Shown here: positions 32,496-42,892 of the stretch, piece by piece
Layout of the letters: each line of letters begins with the position of its first letter
Numbering within the stretch: position 1 is the stretch's first letter
Assembly (NCBI RefSeq): GCF_000315625.1
Contig: NW_005434668.1
Span: 688,533-752,532 of the forward strand
Source: Guillardia theta CCMP2712
Lineage: Eukaryota; Protista; Cryptophyta
Direction: 5' to 3'
DNA length: 64,000 nt
Position numbers and translations under genes: made by a program
Notes under the pieces: model-generated
Databases searched by the model: none
What the model saw: only the letters and a program-made list of their open reading frames with translations
What the model was told of the DNA's origin: nothing

Positions 32496-35400
32496 TCACT
32501 CACAAGCGATGTACATGAGGAGGTAGGCCTGGCATGCGAGAACTTCCTCCTCCTTCACCAGCACCACAGACGAATCGTCGCAGAAGAACCAGTCCCTCCC
32601 TCTCCTCACAAACGACGTGTAGTGACCTGAATCAAGCTTGCCGTTGTGTACAACCACCTACCATCTTATAAGCCTTTTCACATGTCAATCCTCGTCCTCG
32701 TCCTCGTCCTCATCTTTCGACCCTTTCTCGTCTCCATTCTCTGCTCGTCTCTTGGCCGCTTATTCTGAACGAGATCCTTCTCGTTCTCTCCCTCAAGTTC
32801 TATCTACCTCGATCCCTCCTTGCAAACGAGTTCATTTCAAGGGAACCCAAGTTCCCGGTTGCTTCTGCTCAGCTTCACTCACCGCATACAGGTGATAGAC
32901 GCAGCTCTCTGTCTCCGCCTCCGCCTTCCCTGCTACAACAAAAGTCAGGGGAAACACGCAGCCAGCAGGATGAACCTTTCTCCTCCTCTTTTGCCTTCTC
33001 CTCGCTGCTGCTACTTCTCAAGTCAAAAGGAGAGAGGAAGGGGGGATGGTCGGAAAGCTGGGAGCTAGGAAGGAGCGGAAAGAGAGAGGAGGAAGAGGAG
33101 GACGAGCAGGAGATGAGAGGAGGAAGAGGAGGAACAGGCTCACCCTCTGAACACTTGCTTTGACATGTAAGGCGACATGTTGAGTCGCAGGGGAAATGTA
33201 ACATGAGTATCAACTTTGAAACTCTGCTGGCCCCCTGCTCCTCCTCGTTGGGACTCAAAGCGCTTAATCTGCATGGCGACAATCTTAAAACTCCCTTCCA
33301 CCTTCCTTCCCTCTTCTCTTCCCTGCTTGCCTCTCCTCCTCTCCTCCCTCCCCTCTCCTTGTCCTCTCCCCTTCACCTGGATGCACAGGCTCGGCGCAAG
33401 CTGCTCGATGGACAGCTGCTTGATTCCCGGCTGGTATCCCTTGCAGCTCTCACACCTTGAACGCGTCAGAGGCGGGCCCGTAAAGTCTCTTCCCACCTGT
33501 AGGACTGCGCGTCTAGCTGCTCCACCCTCGTGAACCACTCCAGACACTCGGACAGAGAAACAGTATCCCCTGCTCCTCCCCATCAGCCTCCCATCAGCCT
33601 CTCGCGCCCCCTCCTTCTTCTCCACACCGCTCTCGTCCGAGATCAGGTCGGCTGGTCTCTTGTCGCCCGCAGAGGAGGACGAGGAGTCGCCATGGCCCGA
33701 CGAGCTGTCAGCGTCTGCACCGTTGAACATCCCCTGGACCAGGGGACAGAGGCTGCCATTCTCACTCGGCGCCTTGATCGGAGAGAGCCTGAAGAGGGCA
33801 GAGGAGGAAGTTGAGAGGCACTTCAGCGAGAAGGAGAAGCTCACGTGCGCAGCTCGAGGGAAATGTCAAGGAAAGGATCCCTGGTGATGGAGGAAGTCTT
33901 ACAGCACATGCACGTCACATCCGATCGCATCCTCCCACGGAAAAGATTCTGCATCGCCCCCTGCTCCCCCTGCACACGGCAGGGTCAACAAGGAGAAAGC
34001 GCTGGGGAGAAACTCACGGTGACGTCGTTGGCGCAGGAGTTGTGAAGAGCGTCGAGGACAGAGATGAAGCACTCGTGCGCGTCTTGCTGCTCGTACCTGC
34101 GGACTCGTCAGATTGCAAGCATGTCAAGAAAGAAAAGGAGGATATGAAGGAGTGAGACAGAGGTGGTAGGGGGGCAGAGAGGAAGGGAGCTTGAGAGGCA
34201 AGGGAAAGCAGCGGACGGGAGTAGGTACCCAGCTAGGTGCTGACTTGATCGCCACATGTTGTAGAGGAACTGATGTGGAGTGTAGGCTGACTTGCCGCAC
34301 TGAAAGAAGTCGTTGAGCAATCTGTCCATCTCGCAGCCCATGCACACTTGTTCCTGCATGCCGCATCACAGCTTCCTGCCCTCGCCCCAGTCCTCCTCCT
34401 GCCCCCACCTGCCGTCCTTCCCCCTCCCTCTTCTTCAAGCATCGGAAGCGGTTGTGGTAGTCGCCCAAGAAGTAATCTCTCACCCCGGGGTTGTGCACTA
34501 GCGCCTGAGACTTTCGTCAGCTCCTCCTCCTCCTCCGCCATCGCGCGCGTCATCGCCTGCAGGATGCAGTTGAGGAAGCAGGTGTTGCCCACGTTGTGAA
34601 AGCCCTTGAGCCCCGCGACCCCTTGGCTGCTGCTCGAGCTGCGAGCGTGCTCCTTGAGGAGGTCAACCTGCAGGCTCATCAGACGTGGCTCGGGTCCAAG
34701 AGGCGTGCTCGCCTCGTAGTCCGAGGGGATCCACACTCGCCGACGAGGAAGCAGCAAGTCCTGAGCTCTGCCTGTCGCTTCCTTGTGCGCGAGGTGAGAA
34801 TCAGTCTTGCTCGACTCCGCCCTGTCGGCACTTGTCAGACTCGCTCGCTCGCAGCCTCCTCTCATACTGGGGCGCTCCCTCCTGCTGATCCTTGGATTTC
34901 TCGCCATTGCTACCAGAGGACTGCCACCAAGATGAGCGAGCTTCGAGGAGCAGGCAACAGACTACGAGCGCGTTGAGAATAGTTTCTCTCCTCTCTTCCA
35001 GCACAGCGTCGTAGACCTTTCACGACTCCGTCACGAACATCGTCGACAGATCCCCTCTCCCTCTTCTCACGTAGTTCTTGCAAGCAAAGCAGAAGAGCTC
35101 TCCACGTGCGACGTCAACAGCAATGTGAGCTTTGTTCGCCTCTGCGAACTCCTTCATGTGTCCGGCCTGGTAGCGGGATATCAGCGCAACAGACAACGAG
35201 GGCGGGAAGACCTCTAGGCAGCCGATGTAAACCTTGTGCAAGGAGAGAAAGAGCGTGCGGAGGGGCCCTTCATCGCCTGCGCATCATCGTATCATGCTGG
35301 GGAGAAAGAGCAGGGGAAGCGGCACATGTGAAGCATTTGGGAGGAGCGATAGAGCTCTTCTTGCTAGCTTTCTGCAACCGATACAGGTTGATCAAACGCA

Positions 35401-35897
35401 GAGAGGCTTCGTACGCCTGCTCAGAGTCAAACGGGCCAAGGAGCGCCAGCAGAGCTACGTCTTTCCAAGTCTCGCTCGTCATCCAGTCCTGAAGGAGGTC
35501 AGCCATCATCCCTCCTCTCCTTCTTTCACCTTGAGGTGCGCACATCCTTCTAGCCTGACCCTCGGCGGCGACCAGACGCTTGTCTGCGAGAGCTGATACT
35601 CTGACGAGCACATCAGCAGGAGCGAGGCAAAAGTGAGGGGCCACCTGCTTTGATCTGACTTGAAACGAGCAAGGGGCTGGATGACTCTGTTTTCGTCGCG
35701 CTCATCCTCTCTGATTTCTTCCTTGATCACTGGCCTGCATCCATCCCTCATCCCCATGGAACTTCTCTCATCTCCCAACTCGATCTCTCCGCAACTGCCA
35801 CCATCTCCACCCGCTTCTCTTCGCCCCCTCCCCCCCCTCTCCCTCCCCCTTCCTCTCTCCTCCTTCCTCTTCAGCAAAGACTAGCACCTCCTGCCAT
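32496..35897 (-). CDS. USP22: Ubiquitin-specific protease USP22/Ubp8-like (ZnF-UBP plus USP domain); start uncertain (35509 or upstream)
   Basis: GELFCFACKNY/VYD, Cys box GLKGFHNVGNTCFLN, YTPHQFLYNMW...LAG/YEQQDAHE, DPFLDISL, His box VVHNGKLDSGHYTSF...WFFCDD...AYLLMY. Confidence 0.85.
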
Positions 35898-36003
35898 CGA
35901 GAGCCCAAATCGAAAAAATTCAATAGAGATCGAAAAAAACCAAATCGATCCAATAGTTAAAATCAATCAATTTCAATCGATTTAAAATCGGGCACCGGCC
36001 GCC

Positions 36004-37645
36004 ATGTCGCTGCTGGTGGCTTCGCTATTGATGTTGATGGCGGGAGAGGCGGCAGGGCATGGCGGCGGACACGTTCATGGCGAGGGAGGAGGAGGAGGAG
36101 GAGGAGGAGGAGCAGGACATTCCGCTCACTTTCTTGGAGAACACAACGAGGGTGAGCATGATCCTATCGGACGGCCATGCAGGATCGAAGTTTTTACAGC
36201 TTGGCAGGGTTGAATCAGTTTATCGGGAGCTACCCCTCACTGTCTGCCATCATCGCCACCTTCCTCATCAGCTTGAGCAGGTCGAACGTCCAGTGCGTCT
36301 GGATGCCTGTGGACGTCGCTGATGCGATATCCCCTCCCTTACAGCCTCGTGATCATGCCTCTGATGCCCCTGGTGGAGAAGGTGTGAGCACGTGCGTTGC
36401 TGTTCTTTTATGGGCTCATCCACGTTTCATGCTTCCAGCCATCTACAGGCAAGACGATCCTCAAAGTTCTGGTGCGTTCCTGCGTCTTCGTCTGCCGTAT
36501 GCCTGTGACATTTGCACCAGGTCAGCTTTGCGGTCGGAGGGCTCTTGGGAGACGTGTTCTTGCACCTCATCCCTCATGCACTGGAGCATCTTTGCAGAGA
36601 GGTGATCGACTTGCTTCCTCGGGCTCGTCAGAGTTGTGAAGCTCCGCAGGCTGATTTTCACGTGTCGAGCGCGAGGCAACTCGGAATCCCTTTGCTTGCG
36701 GGTGCTTGATTCCAAGGGCTGGCGTGCAGGCCGTCAGCTGAATCGCGACCGCAGGGATGCTTGTCTTCTTCTTGGCGGACAAGTTCATCTGTGAGTTCAC
36801 TGGCAAGGAGCACGAGCATTCGCACAAGAAGGTGAGTCGGACTTGCTGATGACGATGTCGATTGAGTGCTGGCAGGATGATGAGAAGAAGACACCAAAGA
36901 CGTGATGCGGTCTCAACATGGTCCAGCGTTTGACGTCTGTCACCTCAGCTCCAAGACGAGAGCAGCTGCCTACCTCAATCTCATTGCAGATAGTCTGCAT
37001 GTATGCAACATGCAACACGCCCTTGCTGCCTTGCCCCTCATGCTGGTGCAGAATTTCACGGATGGCCTGGCTCTGGGGATCACGTTCGTCCAAGGTGACA
37101 GGAAGAGCATCTCTGAGCTTGCTGATCATCTTGGAGCAGGCAGTGGCATCACAACAGCTGTTGCCATCTTCTTCCACGAGGTGCAGCAGATCATTCGAGG
37201 TCGACCCTGAGGTTTGCTGAAGGTCCCGCACAACTTGGCGGATTTTGCCATCTTGATCGAGAATGGTTTCACTGCCAAACAAGCTCTGCTCGCTCAGTTC
37301 TGCTCGGTGAAGCGATCTCTCTCTTGCCTTCGCGTGTGACTGTCGCAGTCGATGACTGGCGTCCTCGGCTGCTGCGCCGGTCTTGTTCTTCCACAGCAGC
37401 AGTGGATGTTCAGCTTCGTAGCTGGTGATCTGACTCGCCGCGAGGAAAGGGAGCTGACGAGGCGATCAGGCGGCTTCATCTACGTCTCCACCGTCAGCAT
37501 CCTCCCGACCTTGATGGAGGACAGAGGAGCCATATCGACGGCCTATGTAGGAGCGGAGAAAGTGTGGTTGGCTGTGACGCTCTTCCTGCAGCAAGTGCTC
37601 GCCATGTGTCTGGGTGTCTACATGATGCTTCTTATCGCCGAGTAG
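36004..37645 (+). CDS. ZIP (SLC39, LIV-1/KE4/IAR1-type) metal transporter
   Basis: Signal peptide plus His-rich N-terminus. SFAVGGLLGDVFLHLIPHA; LNLIADSLH/NFTDGLALG; FFHE/VPHNLADFAIL; GGFIYVSTV. Confidence 0.9.
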
Positions 37646-37817
37646 CCTTCTCATCCAGTGCGAGGCCGCGGCGAGCAAGCAGCCGACGGCTTCGCATTGT
37701 TTTCATCCCCGCGTATGTATTATTCTACGTTCCCCCCTTTTCGCCTCTTCAGTTTTTCCCCGACTAGCGCGAGCAGTCACAGGATTGATAAAAACAGCAA
37801 CGTGAACTCACTTGAGA

Positions 37818-40800
37818 TCAACGTGGCCGGACCCACCGGCTGCCCCTGAACCACACGCGCGAAGTTTGTGATGATGCTTCCTGTGTAACCATCACGAGGA
37901 GAGGAGGAGATGTGATGATGAGGAGGAGCGTACGGTAGCAGTGCCATGTCTCCTCCGGCTCAGTGCGATCAGTAAGCTTGCGCTTCAAGGAGATCATCAT
38001 CTACTCGCGCGGATGAGAGCGAGCGAGCGAGGAGGGGCGACTTGCCTCCTTCAGACGGTTTGAGATCGGCATGCCGTGCAAAATGATGACGAGCTCTGCG
38101 AGCTTGTCCTCCAGCTCTCCCCACTGCAAGGATCAGACGCAAGTGCGAGGGAGCGGAGGCGTCTACCTCCTCCAGGATGAGATCGAAGACGAACTTGGCA
38201 GCAGGGTCAACTTTCTTGGAGACAGGTCCAGTCTGCCGCACGTCAGAGGCCCCGCCATGCTCGCAGTCGTCGCACCTCGAAGGTGAAGAACCTGAACTTG
38301 CGACAGACTCGCACAAACGTGTTGCAGTCGACCTGAGCATGTCAAGACACGAGGAGCACAGGCTGCGCTCTCAACCTGCTTGTTCAAGGTCATCTCCGAG
38401 TACATCCTCAGCAGCTCTCGATGCTCCTTGTTGCTCTGGATTCTTGCCACCTGCGACACGCGCTCACCCCTCAGCTGTCGAGCATGCGAGGCGACTACCA
38501 TGCCGGCGAACTCTTCGAAGTCGAGGTTGCCGTCCCCGTCTGCATCCGAGGCCACGAAGAGAGCTCGCAGCCGCTCCTCTGAGCGCTCAACCTCCTGCTT
38601 CCACTGCGAGGGCATTGAGAGGAGAGAAAGAGCGGTGAGAGGACGCACCTCCTCGATGATGAACAAGAGGAAATGGTCCACGTCGATGTGCTTCCCCGTA
38701 GCCATCTTCTCTGCTTCCAGAAGCACCTTGACCCTCATGTTTCAACCCGCCCGTTGATCCGCCCGTCCCCTCATGCTCCGCTCACCTTCGATCGAACGAT
38801 GGACGAGGTCTGAGCAAAGACGTACTCGATGACTCGCAGTCCCCTTTGCAGCGGTCAGACCTTGAGGGTTGGAGGACGCGGCTACCTCGCGGCATCGACT
38901 TGGATCGAGTCGTGGGACGCGAGGAGGGGCAGCTGTCCGTTCTGCAGTCGCAGCAGACCGCACAGGAAGATGTTGAGGGCTTCGAGAGGCAGCGGCTGCC
39001 CTCCTGCACCGCCAAGTCACCTCGCGTCATCTCCTGCGGTTCTCGAGGAGACGAGCTCACCGAGGTTGAGGAACCTGCCGAAGGTTCTGATCCTCGTGCT
39101 GGAGCTGTCGTAGCTCCTCACGTTGGCTACGACGTTGACCAGCGCCTCCTCCGCCAGCCGAGGGTCTCCGAGCACCTCCAGGTGATAGTCGTACAAGAAC
39201 TCCGGGAGGGTCTTGACAGGTCAAGGTCAGTCCCCTGCGTCTCTCAACCCCAGCTTGGACCTGTCGGGTCAACTTGGAGCGATCATCGATGTCGTCGTAG
39301 ATGATCTTCTCCGAGTAGATCTTGGAAATGTACTCCTGCATCTGCTTCTTCCCCACCTGCTCTCCTCGGGTCAAACCCAACCGAGCAACTGCTGGCCTCT
39401 ACCTGCAGGTCCGGGTTTCTGCTGAAGTCAACCATTTCAGCCTGCAGCTGGTGAGGAGAGACTCACGCAAGCATGGCAGCTGCACCTGTCGCACGATCCC
39501 CGCCCAGAACCCCGAGAAGGCGATCAGCTCTCCCTGCAGGTACTCCCTGCCCACTTTGTGCTTGCTCGGCTCCTCTCGAGCTTGCGTCTGATCTGCCGCC
39601 GCCTGCTGTACTCCATCGCTGGGCATGATCCGGCCGACACCCTCTATGCCTTCCCCGTCTTGCGTCCAGCTATCACAAGTGGGCTTCTTCTGACTTCTGG
39701 CGTACCTCACCACCTGAGCCCACGCGAGCCGGATCTTGTACCTCGCTACCGTTTCTCCGAGAAACTCTATAGTGTCTGCATCTTTCCTTATCCGCTCCTG
39801 CAGCTCATTGACCTGTATCGACAAGATGTTCTGATTTCTTTCCATCTGCTTGATCTGCATCTCTAGAAGCTGAATCTTGCTCTGAAAAGTCTGATGCATC
39901 ATGTCTGCCTTTGCTAACTTCTCGTTCAAATCGTTAACTTGAAGCTGCGAAGTCTTCAGTCGATGTTCTAAGTCCTCTTGCTTTGCTTGCTTTGTCGACT
40001 CTTCCGTCGACTGATCAACAAGCGACTGCTCCACCAGACGTTCCTGTCTCGAGAACATGTCTTGAAGCTCATTCACTCGAAGGGCTTTGCAAGTCAATGT
40101 CAGCACCAAGGCACACTCGCAGTCGGCAAACCTTGTTCATGCGATGTCTGCATTGCAACTGTGAGCTGGTTTGAAACGTCAAGGACAAAGTCTCTCAGGG
40201 TCCAGATGGCGTTTGAGTACGAGCTGTGGCATCGGTCGAGAACTTCCCCGCGCTCCTGGCACTGGATGTGAACTTGTCGCTTCAATTCAGCCATGATGAT
40301 GTCTAGAATCTTCATCTCCAACCCCAACGTCTTGAGCACGTCCTCAACCATCCCCTTCCGGGCCGCTTTTGAGAGGAAGGTATCGATGTCGCAACCGAAC
40401 GAGGAGGAGATCTCTTGCGTGATGAGCTCCAAGCTCTCCTGCAGCATCATGGCCTCGGTTCTTGAGGGGATGGGCTTGACCCTTTGATCGTCGACGGAGA
40501 AGGAGAGCTTGCTATTGATCCTTGAGATGGCGTCGTCGAGATCTTCCGAGAGAGATCTCTTGTCTGGACTGAAGAACTTCTGAACCGAGTTGAGGACGAA
40601 CTGCCTTCTGCGCTGTCGCTCGAACGGCTGCTCTTCGTTTGAAAGCTCGCTGAAAACTTCATTCATGTGAGGCTGGAGCGAGGAGGTCAGTGAGAGACGG
40701 GGCAGAGGTTGAGGATACCTTGACTTGATAGTCCAGATGCTTCGACACCACTTCATTCCAGACGTCGACAGGCAGATGGTCGTTCTCGATGATGGGAGGG

Positions 40801-41114
40801 GCGCTCTTCCTCCCGGACCGAACCTCACTGAGCTCAGGCGGCTTCCTCTTGGTATGTACATGCGCATGCTTTATGCTCCTCCTCTCCGAGATCTCCGGCA
40901 GCACTCGCGCTCGCTCTCTCGGCTGCTGCCGCACGTGCTTCCTCTCAGGCTTGTCTCTCCTGGGCGCCTTCGCAAGCTTGTCAAAGCTCTCAACCTCCGG
41001 CACCGGAAACGTCCAGATGGTGGAGCTCGCGATCCCCAACGTAGGAGGGTTGCCCAAGGAGCTGGGAGGAGGGCTATCCAGCTCCTCGCTGTCTGCGGGT
41101 CTGCGAGACCCCAT
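37818..41114 (-). CDS. Coiled-coil protein with an axonemal dynein light chain (p28/AXDND1)-like segment and a C-terminal EF-hand
   Basis: IMAELKRQVHIQCQERGEVLDRCHSSY resembles the Ax_dynein_light motif. LRALFVASDADGDGNLDFEEF is an EF-hand. Confidence 0.6.
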
Positions 41115-41311
41115 GGGACTTCAGGGGAGGGGAAGAAGCGACGAGCTCCTTGACATGAGAACACTGGACCTGCTGCCATCACCAAGTTAGCGACCACAGC
41201 TAACATGAATGCCGTCCCGGGCTGCTTTCTGAATAGCCTGGCAGGGGGGTAGCTGAGAAGAAAGCCAACTGAAAGGAGATGCATAAGGGTCCTAGGGGAG
41301 TCTAGAGAGGA

Positions 41312-41943
41312 AGCAGGAGAGCAGCAGGAGAGCAGCAGGAGAGCAGCAGGAGAGCAGCAGGAGAGCAGCAGCAGGAGAGCAGCAGGAGAGCAGCAGGAGA
41401 GCAGCAGCAGGAGAGCAGCAGGAGAGCAGCAGCAGGAGAGCAGCAGGAGAGCAGCAGCAGGAGAGCAGCAGGAGAGCAGCAGGAGAGCAGCACTGAGGAG
41501 AGCAGCAGCAGGAGAGCAGCAGGAGAGCAGCAGGAGAGCAGCAGGAGAGCAGCAGCAGGAGAGCAGCAGGAGAGCAGCAGCAGGAGAGCAGCAGGAGAGC
41601 AGCAGCAGGAGAGCAGCAGGAGAGCAGCAGGAGAGCAGCAGCAGGAGAGCAGCAGGAGAGCAGCAGGAGAGCAGCAGGAGAGCAGCAGGAGAGCAGCAGG
41701 AGAGCAGCAGCAGGAGAGCAGCAGGAGAGCAGCAGGAGAGCAGCAGCAGGAGAGCAGCAGCAGGAGAGCAGCAGGAGAGCAGCAGGAGAGCAGCAGCAGG
41801 AGAGCAGCAGGAGAGCAGCAGCAGGAGAGCAGCAGGAGAGCAGCAGGAGAGCAGCAGCAGGAGAGCAGCAGCAGGACAGCAGCAGGAGAGCAGCAGGAGA
41901 GCAGCAGGAGAGCAGCAGGAGAGCAGCACTGAGGAGAGCAGCA
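41312..41943. repeat. Satellite of 11/14-bp units (AGCAGGAGAGC / AGCAGCAGGAGAGC), about 630 bp
   Basis: Direct tandem array with two CACTGAGG interruptions at 41491 and 41927. Confidence 0.95.
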
Positions 41944-42434
41944 AAAGAGCTGCGATCATGCCACAGAACTATCCCAACGCCAACCATGGTGTAGGGCCGG
42001 CTGAACTGAAATAGCTAACACGATTATTGTTGTAATTGAATTTGTGAGCTAAATAACTTGTCTGAATAGCCTGCCAGGCCCTCAGCCGGGCTGGCCGGCC
42101 CGCGGCCGGGCAGCAGGAGAGCAGCAGCGGAAAGCCAACTCAAAGGAGAAGCCTATAAGGTCCTTAGGGAGTCTAGACGCCAGCTGAACCGAAATATAGC
42201 TAACGCGATTCAAGTTTTGTTGTAATTAATGCCCGAAGCCGGGCTCGGCCCGGGTCCTCGCTTCACGGTACTGGTGCGGCAGATCCACTGAGCTTTACGA
42301 TTGTTCTGCCTTGTGCTTTCCATTTATTTGTAGGCGAGGCGAGCCCGATTTTTATGCAGTTGGTGCTCGAGGGATGACGGAGCAGAACAGAGGCAGCCAA
42401 GGAGAGGAAGAGGAGAGCAGGGGGAAGAGCAGAA

Positions 42435-42672
42435 GAGAGCAGAGTAGAGGGTATCAGAACTGAGAGCAGAAGAGAGGGTAGAGTAGAGGGTATCAGAACT
42501 GAGAGCAGAGTAGAGGGTAGAGTAGAGGGTATCAGAACTGAGAGCAGAGTAGAGGGTATCAGAACTGAGAGCAGAGTAGAGGGTATCAGAACTGAGAGCA
42601 GAGTAGAGGGTAGAGTAGAGGGTATCAGAGCTGAGAGCAGAGTAGAGGGTAGAGTAGAGGGTATCAGGACTG
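42435..42672. repeat. Minisatellite with a 27-bp unit (GAGAGCAGAGTAGAGGGTATCAGAACT) and 12-bp insertion variants
   Basis: About 7 tandem units visible. Confidence 0.9.
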
Positions 42673-42892
42673 AAAGAGAAGGTAGAAGAACCAAGAGAGG
42701 TCAGAAGAGAAGCACTGATCATAGAGGAAAGGAGTACAAACAAGATGAAACAATTTTCAGGCAATACTACAGATAACCAATGAATTCATTGTGAGAGCAG
42801 CAGAAACATCAGCGGATGAGCAGGTTGATCAGCAAACCTCTTCAAACTTCTTTCATTCTTCTTGGCTCCCACGCAGCATCCTTCCTTGACAA

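Noticed and set aside
40871-41987. Long minus-strand ORFs of LLLLSCCSPAA repeats
   Set aside because: They are stop-free readings of a satellite whose 11/14-bp units do not preserve frame. There is no evidence of coding.
41312-42672. Possible CRISPR-like arrays
   Set aside because: The units are directly tandem with no unique spacers, the context is eukaryotic and there are no cas genes.
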